The notes: generated from the sequence alone by a model not told the origin. 64,000 bases of DNA from Nitrospirota bacterium (GCA_016195565.1 JACPZK010000006.1:30900-94899); one strand, 5' to 3'. Shown: positions 37,536 to 46,342, numbered from the stretch's first letter. Numbers and translations: made by a program.

Positions 37536-39028
37536 AAATTCCTGCTCATAAATCTGCTGTATTTTTCATCTTTAATAATTGATTTTCCAACAACAAAGGA
37601 TGACATCATCGCTCCTATTATTCCCGGGAGGAGTGAGCTTTGCCCGGCCGCATACATATTGCGCACAGGCAGTTTCCCTATCAGATTATACTGCCCGGCC
37701 TTCTGTTTGATTCCATATGCAGACCCGTCATGACTGTTCAGATAGTCCCTGAAGGAGAGCACTGATGCCGAATCGATCACTGTTAAGTGTTCTTTATAAT
37801 CAGGATAAACCCTGAAAATTCGTTCTTTGATGCTCTCAACTCTTTCCTGCTTATAATCCTGATATGCCTGCGGCCTCTTTCCTCTTGCCGTGCTCTCCCA
37901 TTGTTTAACATGTTCTATGAAAGAGGTGCCGAGGACGTTCATAATCCTTTGGCTTTTCCCGTTCACTTCTTCTGTGGACCTGATGATCACCAAGGCCTCT
38001 GCGCCTTTGTATTCAGGGTCCAGAAGCCGGTTGATATCTGTGTGAGGGAAAAGAGAGACGATTGAACTGCCGGAATCATGTTCGTTATAGCCTGAGTCCA
38101 GAGCAGCAAATAAGGCAAAAAAACCGGCAGATGCCTCGAAGGAGGAGACACGGCTGATAAATGCTTTACTTAATAATCCATCAGGAATGAGTTTAAGAAT
38201 CTCTTTCGGATGTATTGTAAGGATGCAGTTCTCAGACTCTATCTCCTCGCCGGTGTTCAGAACGAATCTGCCTGCACGCTTGTTGCGTATATCGGTTATC
38301 TCAGTAATATAGCTGCTGCAGGCGACCTCTATATCAAAGTCCTTAAATTTGTTTTTGAAGGCCTCAATTAACGAAGCGCCACCGCCTTTAATGCGTGAAA
38401 CAGATTCATACAGGCCAAAACATATCCTGCTATGGCTGGCAAAAGAGATCTCCCTTGGCCGGACTCCGTAACACATCGCAAAGCCGGATAACAGGGCCTT
38501 CAGCACTGCATTTCCTGTCAGGCTATTTAGTACTTCTTGGAGAGAAACAAAATCCTCATCGAGCCAGCCCTGAGTCATCGTGAGTGTACGAAGGTTCATT
38601 GAAGGCGTGTGAGCGCATACATGCTGGACTTTATCAAAATATTTGTCTACAGCCGCTGCAGCGGACGGAAAATAATTCTTGAATCTGTCCCTCAACTTAC
38701 TAAAGCCGTACGGAACTTCATACGACCTGTTTTCGGATTCAAAATAAAAAGAGTTGGCGTTGTCTTTAGGAAGAAAAACCGGTTGAATCAAATCATAAAG
38801 GCCGAGAACAGACAGCATATCATGCAGCATCCCGCCCTTCTGCAGTCCTCCCGTAAAATGAAAGCCTGTATCAAAAGGTATCCCATTCCTGTAGAAAACA
38901 GAAATGGACCCTCCGATATGCGGGGCCTTTTCCAGAAGCAGCACCTTGCGGCCGTTCATCCCAAGGATAAGGGACATTGTCATACCGCTGATACCGCTGC
39001 CGACAACTATATCGTCATATTTTTTCAT
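37526..39028 (-). CDS. phytoene-desaturase (CrtI)-family NAD(P)/FAD-dependent oxidoreductase
   Basis: DDIVVGSGISGMTMSLILGMNGRKVLLLEK dinucleotide fold; 500 aa; C-terminal AGQSSLLPGIIGAMMSS, typical of the amine-oxidase/CrtI family. Confidence 0.7.
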   Translation of the reverse strand: MKKYDDIVVGSGISGMTMSLILGMNGRKVLLLEKAPHIGGSISVFYRNGIPFDTGFHFTGGLQKGGMLHDMLSVLGLYDLIQPVFLPKDNANSFYFESENRSYEVPYGFSKLRDRFKNYFPSAAAAVDKYFDKVQHVCAHTPSMNLRTLTMTQGWLDEDFVSLQEVLNSLTGNAVLKALLSGFAMCYGVRPREISFASHSRICFGLYESVSRIKGGGASLIEAFKNKFKDFDIEVACSSYITEITDIRNKRAGRFVLNTGEEIESENCILTIHPKEILKLIPDGLLSKAFISRVSSFEASAGFFALFAALDSGYNEHDSGSSIVSLFPHTDINRLLDPEYKGAEALVIIRSTEEVNGKSQRIMNVLGTSFIEHVKQWESTARGKRPQAYQDYKQERVESIKERIFRVYPDYKEHLTVIDSASVLSFRDYLNSHDGSAYGIKQKAGQYNLIGKLPVRNMYAAGQSSLLPGIIGAMMSSFVVGKSIIKDEKYSRFMSRNLCS

Positions 39029-39076
39029 ATAATTTTATATTTGCTCAGTGGAGCTGGAACTTTTAAAGACCAAATT

Positions 39077-39799
39077 CTAAATTGCCAGTCCCCCATTAAT
39101 ACCGATAACCTGTCCATGTATATACATGTCTTCTTCAGTACATAAAAAATTAACAACTGATGCTACATCTTCAGGCCTACCTAACCGGTTAACGGGTATC
39201 AGGTTCAGAACCTGCTCTTTGGGAAGCCCTTCTGTCATATCTGTTTCGATAAACCCGGGAGCAACCACATTTATGAGTATGTTTTTCTTGCCGACTTCAC
39301 GGGCTAAGGCTTTGGCAGCGCCGATCAATCCAGCCTTGGAAGCGGAGTAGTTGACCTGACCTGCCTGCCCTATCTGTCCTGACACAGAGGACACAACAAC
39401 GATGCGCCCTTTTTTGGCCTTTAACATGGAGAATAATATTGTGCGGGTCACATTGAAGAATCCGTCAAGATTTGTAGAAAGTACAGTGTCCCATTCGTTT
39501 TTTGTCATCCACATAAGGAGATTATCTTTGGAAATGCCTGAATTGTAGACCATGACATCGGGGGAAAAATCCTCTACCCTTTTTCCTAATGCAGTTTCTG
39601 TCTCTTCATAGCTGGAAACATCGAAGGGTATTAAATCACAGGCGCTTCCCAGTTTTTCTATTTCTGATTTAACCTTTTGGGCAGCCTCATGATTGCTTTT
39701 GTAAGTCAACCAAATATCAAAGCCGGATTGAGCCAGCCGTAAGGCTATGGCGCGTCCTATTCCACGGCTGCCACCAATTATTAACGCAATTTTTACCAT
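39077..39799 (-). CDS. fabG: 3-oxoacyl-ACP reductase (SDR)
   Basis: MVKIALIIGGSRGIGRA, NYSASKAG (YxxxK). Start placed at ATG 39799; the track's TTG 39838 abuts AAGGAGA with no spacer. Confidence 0.85.
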   Translation of the reverse strand: MVKIALIIGGSRGIGRAIALRLAQSGFDIWLTYKSNHEAAQKVKSEIEKLGSACDLIPFDVSSYEETETALGKRVEDFSPDVMVYNSGISKDNLLMWMTKNEWDTVLSTNLDGFFNVTRTILFSMLKAKKGRIVVVSSVSGQIGQAGQVNYSASKAGLIGAAKALAREVGKKNILINVVAPGFIETDMTEGLPKEQVLNLIPVNRLGRPEDVASVVNFLCTEEDMYIHGQVIGINGGLAI

Positions 39800-39831
39800 A
39801 AGATTAAAATACAGAATGTAATCTTTCTCAT
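39793..39831 (-). promoter_or_regulatory. candidate 12-codon leader ORF (MRKITFCILILW) translationally coupled to fabG
   Basis: AAGGAG lies 8 nt upstream of ATG 39831. Its TGG-TAA end overlaps the fabG ATG (ATGGTAA). fabG itself has no Shine-Dalgarno. Confidence 0.3.
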
Positions 39832-40321
39832 AATACAATCTCCTTTATCATGGCCTTGAGCTCCAATGCTGTCTCTTACCCCTTGGGCATGGTGACCTGA
39901 CCTGTAGAAGTAACCTTTACTGTCAGCATAAATACCTCCAGTAAGGATAAAAATCCTGACTTTTATTGTAAAGGACTTGTCAGTTTCTGTCAACATTTCT
40001 GCAGCTAACGTGTTGTTAACAAATAGAATTGTCAGGTTATAGAGCACATAAACTGATCTTCCCCAGATTTAACAGACACTGAGTTAAGTTAGGCTGCCAT
40101 GAGTGTGCCGCCCTTTTCTAAAGTAATTCCACTCGCTCCGAACGACATGCATCATTAGGCTTGAAAGCATAGGATTTTCTGACAAACCATACAAACTTAA
40201 AATATAAAAAAGTATAAAAATATAGCTCAAAAAAACTTAAAATAAATCATCTATGAATATAAAGGGTGGCAAATGGTGCTTATGAGAAATAAGTTATTGA
40301 TATTAAAAGAATTTCTCAGAA

Positions 40322-40369
40322 CTCATAACCCGAAGGTCAGAGGTTCAAATCCTCTCCCCGCCACCAACT
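40322..40369 (+). repeat. 48-bp direct repeat copy 2 (attR-like), orphan 3' part of tRNA-fMet
   Basis: Identical to 6917-6964. The sequence 5' of it (AAAGAATTTCTCAGAA) has no similarity to the tRNA 5' half. Confidence 0.9.
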
Positions 40370-40463
40370 CAAGAGGCTAAATTGCCGGTTAATTTTTAAG
40401 TCTTTCATCCTGTTACAATAACCTCATCTTGTAGTATCCATCACATTTAAGGTATATTTTTCT

Positions 40464-41633
40464 ATGGTTTTAACAGGACTTGACAGATTGGAAAAGGCAT
40501 GGCCGGGGGAATTAAAAGGCTTGCGCGTGGGGCTCCTCGCGCATCCTGCTTCTGTGAACAGAAAACTTGAACATGCAGTAAATGTATTCTTCAAATCCAA
40601 AAAATTCAGACTCAAAGCGCTCTTTGGCCCTCAACACGGAATAAGAGGAGAGACGCAGGACAATATGGTTGAATGGAAGGGATTCCGTGACCCGCAGACA
40701 GGACTTCCTGTTTACAGTCTCTACGGACATACCAGAAAACCAGAACCTGAAATGCTTAGGGATATAGATGTCCTTGCTATAGACCTTCAGGACATCGGCT
40801 CAAGATACTATACATTCATCTGGACCATGGAACTCTGCATGCAGGCATGTCTTGAAAATAGAAAATCAGTTGTTGTCCTTGACAGACCAAACCCATTGGG
40901 AGGTTTAGCGATAGAAGGCGCTGTGCTTGATATGTCATATGCGTCATTTGTCGGACAGCGTCCTTTGCCGATAAGGCACGGGATGACTGTTGGAGAGATA
41001 GCAAATTATCTCAAGAACAAATTTTATCCGTCTCTAAATTTACACATAATCAAAATGCATGGCTGGAAGAGGAATATGTTCTTTGACCGGACAAAACTTC
41101 CATGGGTCATGCCCTCCCCTAATATGCCAACACTTGATACCGCAATTGCCTATCCGGGAATGTGTCTTCTTGAAGGGACAAACCTGAGCGAAGGAAGAGG
41201 AACGACAAGGCCGTTTGAGATATTTGGCGCTCCATTCATAGAGCCTGACGCACTCATAAAAAGGCTCAAAGAATTTAAAATTTCAGGTGTTATTTTCAGG
41301 CCAATATTTTTCCAGCCCACATTCCAAAAACATGCAGGAAGCCTGTGCGGCGGCAGCCAGATTCATGTTATTGACAGGAATAAATTCAGGCCTTTCAAGG
41401 CAGGCGTTGCAATCCTAAAGGCAGTCCGCGATCTTTATCCTGAACATTTCAGGTGGAAACAACCGCCATATGAATACGAAACACAGAAGATGCCGATTGA
41501 CATACTCGCAGGAACAGACAGGCTGAGAATAGAGATAGAGAAAGGCGAATCCATCAAAAACATGGAAGAGTGGTGGACAAAAGAATTAAAGGCATTTCAA
41601 AAAATCAGGAAAAAATACTTAATGTATTCGTAA
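40464..41633 (+). CDS. DUF1343 family protein, NamZ-like exo-beta-N-acetylmuramidase
   Basis: VLTGLDRL...LKGLRVGLLAHPASV...ALFGPQHGIRGE is the signature N-terminus of the DUF1343/YbbC/NamZ family. Confidence 0.75.
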   Translation: MVLTGLDRLEKAWPGELKGLRVGLLAHPASVNRKLEHAVNVFFKSKKFRLKALFGPQHGIRGETQDNMVEWKGFRDPQTGLPVYSLYGHTRKPEPEMLRDIDVLAIDLQDIGSRYYTFIWTMELCMQACLENRKSVVVLDRPNPLGGLAIEGAVLDMSYASFVGQRPLPIRHGMTVGEIANYLKNKFYPSLNLHIIKMHGWKRNMFFDRTKLPWVMPSPNMPTLDTAIAYPGMCLLEGTNLSEGRGTTRPFEIFGAPFIEPDALIKRLKEFKISGVIFRPIFFQPTFQKHAGSLCGGSQIHVIDRNKFRPFKAGVAILKAVRDLYPEHFRWKQPPYEYETQKMPIDILAGTDRLRIEIEKGESIKNMEEWWTKELKAFQKIRKKYLMYS

Positions 41634-41648
41634 TTGCTGCTGACTTTT

Positions 41649-43538
41649 ATGCCAAAATTTTCTATAAAAATATTCCTCCCTGCTGCTGGTCTTGGTGAAA
41701 GGCTGAGGCCGATTACATATCACATCCCAAAACCATTGCTGCCGGTTTTAGGGAAGCCTTTGCTTGAAATCATTTTAGATAAATTAGAAATATCTTCAGG
41801 CAGGATCGGAATCAATCTTCATTACAAGCCTGAATTAATGCGCCAATGGATTAAGCAGTCCGCATTTGCAAACCGCATGGAATTATTTCCTGAAGACTCT
41901 ATTCTCGGCACCGGCGGAGCATTGAAAAATGCAGAAGCATTTCTTTCAGATAATCATTTTCTTGTGCACAATGCGGACATCCTGTCTGATATTGATTTCA
42001 CATTCCTTATCGAAACTCATCTTTCCTCTGGAAATATTGCAACACTGGCAACACACAACTATCCAAAATATAACAATGTGGTTGTGGATGAGAACGGTTA
42101 TGTAATTGACGTTGAAAATCCCGGCACATCAATCCCGAATCCGGACACAATAGCCAAAAAAATTGCGTATACAGGCATTGCCGTATATTCTCCTGAAATA
42201 TTAAAATTCCTGCCATCCGGCGTTTCACATACAACAATAGCTTGGATTGCCGCGGCCAAAGCCGGACATAAGATTCGAGCTCTTGATTTTACTGGATGCT
42301 ACTGGAGTGACATCGGAACACCTGCTACCTATGCCTCTGCAATTATTGATGCGTTAAGGAAGGATGGAGAGACGGTTTATATTCATCCCTCTGTAAAAGA
42401 CTGTAATGATATTGATGTGGATGGATATATCGCCATTGAAAGAGAAGCTATATTAACTGAAGGTTCTTCGCTCAGGAATTGTATAATGCTTCCTGGCAGC
42501 AAAACGGAAAGCAGGAAACATTACGAAAATTGCATTCTTGGCGCTGCTTTCAGAATAGACCTTAAAGAATCAGAAGTAATAAGCGCATCAACGGATGAAA
42601 GTAAAATTCTCATAAGCACAGGAGGCTCTGACAGAAAATATTACAGGATTGAAAAAGACGGGAAAACAGCAGTACTCATGGAATGCAGAAAAAACGATCC
42701 TGATTTTGAGAGGCATATTGAATACACAAAATTCCTGTCAAGATACTCCATCCCCGTACCTGACCTTCTTGAGGCAAAAACAGAAAAGATGCAGGCAGTA
42801 TTTGAAGACCTCGGAGACATCTCGCTCTATAGCCGGCTCAAATGCAGGCGCGAACCTGAACAGCTTGAGGCAATGTACAGAAAGGTTTTGGATATAGCAG
42901 TCAGTATCCACACAAAGGCGACTGCGAATGTTTCAGAATGTCCAATGCTTCAAAGCAGGGTTTTTGATTACGAACATTTCAGATTGGAGACGAGTTATTT
43001 CATGGAAAGATTTGTGGAAGGCATTAGAGGAATAAAGATTAAAAACATAGCAGCCTTAGATGATGAATTCCATGGGCTCGCGCAAAAGGCTGATTCATTT
43101 CCGAAAACCATAATCCACAGGGATTTCCAGTCACAGAATATCATGATACATAAAGGTATTCCCCGCCTTATAGATTATCAGGGAGCAAGAATGGGACCTT
43201 CTGCATACGATGTTGCATCAATCCTATGGGATCCATATTACAGGCTTGAGGATAATATGAGAGAGAGGCTGTTGGAATATTATTTTGATAAGATGAAAGC
43301 TGCCGATTTACTCTCCTCGGCGAGTCGCCTGTGGCAACCCATTCACCCGGAGACTTTAATAATCTGCCGCCTCCAGCGACACATGCAGGCGCTCGGAGCT
43401 TACGGATTCCTCTCTGCTGTAAAAGGGAAAAGATATTTTCTGAAACATATCCATGAAGGATTAAGGCTTTTAAAAGAAGATGTCGCTCTTGTGAAGAATG
43501 ATTATCCTGTATTGTATGGGCTGGTTATGGAGTTGTAG
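41649..43538 (+). CDS. fused MurNAc-alpha-1-P uridylyltransferase (MurU-like) / anomeric sugar kinase (AmgK-like)
   Basis: N-terminal nucleotidyltransferase LPAAGLGERLRPIT..PKPLLPV. C-terminal phosphotransferase-fold kinase IIHRDFQSQNIMI...LIDYQGARMGPSAYDVASIL. Confidence 0.7.
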   Translation: MPKFSIKIFLPAAGLGERLRPITYHIPKPLLPVLGKPLLEIILDKLEISSGRIGINLHYKPELMRQWIKQSAFANRMELFPEDSILGTGGALKNAEAFLSDNHFLVHNADILSDIDFTFLIETHLSSGNIATLATHNYPKYNNVVVDENGYVIDVENPGTSIPNPDTIAKKIAYTGIAVYSPEILKFLPSGVSHTTIAWIAAAKAGHKIRALDFTGCYWSDIGTPATYASAIIDALRKDGETVYIHPSVKDCNDIDVDGYIAIEREAILTEGSSLRNCIMLPGSKTESRKHYENCILGAAFRIDLKESEVISASTDESKILISTGGSDRKYYRIEKDGKTAVLMECRKNDPDFERHIEYTKFLSRYSIPVPDLLEAKTEKMQAVFEDLGDISLYSRLKCRREPEQLEAMYRKVLDIAVSIHTKATANVSECPMLQSRVFDYEHFRLETSYFMERFVEGIRGIKIKNIAALDDEFHGLAQKADSFPKTIIHRDFQSQNIMIHKGIPRLIDYQGARMGPSAYDVASILWDPYYRLEDNMRERLLEYYFDKMKAADLLSSASRLWQPIHPETLIICRLQRHMQALGAYGFLSAVKGKRYFLKHIHEGLRLLKEDVALVKNDYPVLYGLVMEL

Positions 43539-43546
43539 AAAAAATC

Positions 43547-43924
43547 TCATTCCTCATTTTGCAATTTTATCATATTAAACTCCTTAAGATTCTCCATCAG
43601 TTGCTCTTCTGAAATAACTCCAAGTTGCACTAAAGCCTCACCGAAAAATATATAGGTGTCTTGCTGTTCCTTTAAAAGTTCTTTTAACTGTTCCTCTGAA
43701 AGATATTTTCCCCTTACTGCAATCTCTCCGAACTTCTCCTGCATATCTTCCTGAATTATGAGTATCTTGTTTACATCATCCTCTGTAAGCCAGCCTTTGT
43801 TCCTGGCAAGCTCTCCAATCATCAGATTGTTCTTCTTCTGTATGAAGCGAGCCCTTAGAATATCCAGTTCATCAATAATCTTTTTTTCAAGAAGATACTG
43901 TCCGAATTTCAGAAATTTTCTCAT
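43547..43924 (-). CDS. hypothetical protein with repeated helical modules (possibly T2SSE_N/MshEN-like)
   Basis: 125 aa with three repeats of a pattern G-x-h-L-h-x(4)-h-I/L-x-E-x-x-L/V; no catalytic motif. Confidence 0.4.
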   Translation of the reverse strand: MRKFLKFGQYLLEKKIIDELDILRARFIQKKNNLMIGELARNKGWLTEDDVNKILIIQEDMQEKFGEIAVRGKYLSEEQLKELLKEQQDTYIFFGEALVQLGVISEEQLMENLKEFNMIKLQNEE

Positions 43925-44036
43925 TCATTAACTCCTATCCTTGCCTTATACTAACTCACTATAGCAAAAGTATTCGTGCATATCAAGTCTAAAACTATTG
44001 ACATCTTCGCTTGCTAATCCTTAGAGTTAAATACAA

Positions 44037-45419
44037 ATGGATTTGCTTGGACAGGTAAATACAGCGATAAAAAAACATTCAATGCTCTTTGAAAAAGACA
44101 GGGTTTTAACCGGTCTTTCAGGAGGCCCTGACTCTGTATGCCTTCTTCATGCGCTGAATAATTTAAAGGATGAATACAAGATGGAGCTTCATGCTATATA
44201 CATCGACCACGGCTTAAGGCCTGACGAAATTCCTGTTGAAATAGAATTCTGCAAAACCCTCTGCGAAAATCTCGGGGTGCCGTTTATCACTAAATCTGTT
44301 GCTGTAAAGTCTTATGCCAAAGAGTATGGGTTGAACAAGCAAGAAGCGGCAAGGGAACTGAGATATAAAATGTTTGAAGATGTTGCTCTTGAAATAGGCT
44401 CAAACAGGATTGCGCTTGCGCACAATGCAGATGATCAGGCAGAGACATTCTTCATGAGAATTCTAAGAGGCGCAGGACAGAAAGGTCTTACAGGCATCCC
44501 GCCTGTAAGAGGGAAAATCATAAGGCCGCTTATTGAGATTGAAAGAAAAGATATAGAAGAATTTCTTGATAGCATATCGCAGTCTTTTATTGTTGACTCA
44601 TCGAATCTCAAAAAGGATTATTTCAGGAATTGGCTGAGGCTTGCTGTCATGCCGGAGTTCAAAAAGCAGAACCCCGCTCTGGTCAATACCATAAGCAGGG
44701 TCTGCGAGATTATCAGAGAGGAAGATAACTATCTTGAGCTTATCGTCACAAAGACATTGATGAAGCTCATTCCTAAAAAAACAGATAGGACAATTGAACT
44801 TTTTCTCGTACCGCTTGAAAATATGAATAAGGTCATCCTGCGAAGAGTCTTAAGAAGGGCAATTGATGCGGTAAAAGGTTTAAGGGGAATCGGCTTTGTT
44901 AACATTGAGGACATTATAGAGCTTGTGAAAAAAGGCGATTCCGGCGACAGGATTTATCTTCCGAAAGGCGTCAGGGTCATTAAAGGTTATGCAACATTAA
45001 TCCTCACTTCAGAGCAGCCTTCGCAGCTTCGTACATACAGCCTTAACGTACCTGAAGAGCTTGCATTGAAAGAGTCCGGTATTCTGATAAAGTCTTCATC
45101 TGCTGACAGTGCGGAGATTTCCTGCGATGGAAAATCAAAAGTCATGATTGACGCTGAGAGGATAAAGCTGCCCTTGGTTGTGCGGGCAAGAAAGGCAGGG
45201 GATTTCTTTTACCCTGCCGGTTTCGGCAAAAAGAAAAAGCTTCAGGATTATTTTGTGGATGAGAAGATACCAAGAGATGAGAGGGATTCAGTACCAATAG
45301 TTCTTTCGGGAGAGGATGTTGTCTGGATTGCAGGATACAGGGCAGATGAGAGGTTTAAGGTGACGAATGATACAAAAAAGATTTTGATGCTTGAGATAAA
45401 GCCATTGGCGGGGAAATGA
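44037..45419 (+). CDS. tilS: tRNA(Ile)-lysidine synthetase
   Basis: VLTGLSGGPDSVCLL PP-loop, HNADDQAETFFMRILRG, and a C-terminal TilS substrate-binding domain. Confidence 0.9.
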   Translation: MDLLGQVNTAIKKHSMLFEKDRVLTGLSGGPDSVCLLHALNNLKDEYKMELHAIYIDHGLRPDEIPVEIEFCKTLCENLGVPFITKSVAVKSYAKEYGLNKQEAARELRYKMFEDVALEIGSNRIALAHNADDQAETFFMRILRGAGQKGLTGIPPVRGKIIRPLIEIERKDIEEFLDSISQSFIVDSSNLKKDYFRNWLRLAVMPEFKKQNPALVNTISRVCEIIREEDNYLELIVTKTLMKLIPKKTDRTIELFLVPLENMNKVILRRVLRRAIDAVKGLRGIGFVNIEDIIELVKKGDSGDRIYLPKGVRVIKGYATLILTSEQPSQLRTYSLNVPEELALKESGILIKSSSADSAEISCDGKSKVMIDAERIKLPLVVRARKAGDFFYPAGFGKKKKLQDYFVDEKIPRDERDSVPIVLSGEDVVWIAGYRADERFKVTNDTKKILMLEIKPLAGK

Positions 45420-45594
45420 AGGGGATTTTTCTTTATACGAATCTTAAATTGTGCTATATACGGCAAGTAAAATGAAAAACAAAATGCGGCCTAATTGCAT
45501 TATCTCCCTTAGCTCATTTACAAAAGAAATTAGTTTTGTTATAAAATAAAGCAAGTTAATGCGGTAAATGAAAACAACGGAAGGAGGGCATATT

Positions 45595-45822
45595 ATGTAT
45601 GGAATGAAAGAAATAATACAGGAAGCTGAATCCCTTCCTGTTGAGGAAAGGGCAATAGTTGTAGACTCTTTACTGCAATCTCTTAATCCTCCAGCCGCTG
45701 AAATTGATATGGAATGGTTAAAGGTTGCAAAACGAAGACTTGCGGAGTTACGCTCTGGCAGCGTGAAGCCAATCCCGGGAAATGAAGTGTTTGCTAAAAT
45801 TCGTGAGCGCTTTGAGAAATGA
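45595..45822 (+). CDS. addiction-module antitoxin (putative addiction module component family)
   Basis: SLPVEERAIVVDSLLQSL...EWLKVAKRRLAELRSG pattern; GGAGGG Shine-Dalgarno before ATG 45595; stop overlaps the toxin start. Confidence 0.7.
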   Translation: MYGMKEIIQEAESLPVEERAIVVDSLLQSLNPPAAEIDMEWLKVAKRRLAELRSGSVKPIPGNEVFAKIRERFEK

Positions 45823-46115
45823 CCTTTTCATTTCATTCCGAGGCAGAATCAGAGTTCTATGAGGCTATTGATTATTATGAAAATTCCGCACTCGGCCTCG
45901 GTTATGATTTTTCACTTGAGGTGCTTGCCGCTATTCAGAATGTTGTCAGTTACCCGACAGTATGGCCAATCATAGAAGAAGACATCCGGCGCTGCCTTGT
46001 AAACCGTTTCCCCTACGGTGTTGTCTATAGTATTGAGCAGAGCGAGATTTTCATTCTTGCAGTAATGCATCTGCGCCGACATCCTGATTATTGGAAAAAC
46101 AGGGTAAGGAAGTAA
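45819..46115 (+). CDS. parE: ParE/RelE-family toxin
   Basis: 98 aa; AESEFYEAIDYYE...RRCLVNRFPYGVVYSIEQSEIFILAVMHLRRHPDYW is typical of ParE-type plasmid-stabilisation toxins. Confidence 0.75.
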   Translation: MTFSFHSEAESEFYEAIDYYENSALGLGYDFSLEVLAAIQNVVSYPTVWPIIEEDIRRCLVNRFPYGVVYSIEQSEIFILAVMHLRRHPDYWKNRVRK

Positions 46116-46235
46116 CCAAAATCTCCCCTTACCCCTCTTTGAAAAAGAGGGGAATTAAGAATGTGCACGATTCTTTTAAATCTGTTATATTCTATATCCA
46201 GATAATGATTTGGGACATTTTAAATTCAAATGTCT

Positions 46236-46313
46236 GTCATTCCTGCGTAAGCAGGAATCCAGCACTCAGCATAGACCATGCATTTCTGGATTCCGCATCA
46301 AGTGCGGAATGAC
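46236..46313. repeat. miniature palindromic repeat, family B, 78 bp
   Basis: GTCATTCCTGCGTAAGCAGGAATCC...GGATTCCGCATCAAGTGCGGAATGAC; preceded at 46132-46152 by a separate 9-bp-stem hairpin CCCCTCTTT-GAA-AAAGAGGGG. Confidence 0.8.
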
Positions 46314-46342
46314 AAAATAGAACAGGAGGTTTTGGAGAGAAA

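Larger units (their letters stand above)
6965..40321. mobile_element. putative tRNA-fMet-integrated genomic island (~33.4 kb), no integrase detected
   Basis: Bounded by the intact tRNA and a same-orientation perfect 48-bp copy of its 3' part. Similarity breaks sharply at the anticodon loop. Housekeeping genes lie on both outer flanks. Confidence 0.55.

Noticed and set aside
8162-39831. Calling the locus a ladderane (or any specific named lipid) biosynthetic cluster
   Set aside because: The resemblance to predicted anammox ladderane clusters rests only on shared enzyme classes recalled from memory. Those predictions are themselves unproven, and no hydrazine/anammox genes are in view. It is kept as a hypothesis inside the main finding, not as an annotation.
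39793-40047. 84-aa ORF upstream of fabG as a real protein
   Set aside because: It has no Shine-Dalgarno at its start, no motif, and lies in an AT-rich promoter-like region. Only its last 12 codons (with their own SD) are retained as a candidate leader ORF.
40267-40280. TGGCAAATGGTGCT as a sigma-54 (-24/-12) promoter upstream of the NamZ-like gene
   Set aside because: The GG to GC spacing is 10 nt rather than the 12 nt (GG start to GC start) of TGGCAC-N5-TTGC, and there is no TTGC.
46132-46152. Hairpin CCCCTCTTT-GAA-AAAGAGGGG after parE as a rho-independent terminator
   Set aside because: The stem is only 9 bp and is not followed by a T-run. It may be another small repeat unit, so it is mentioned only in the neighbouring repeat feature.
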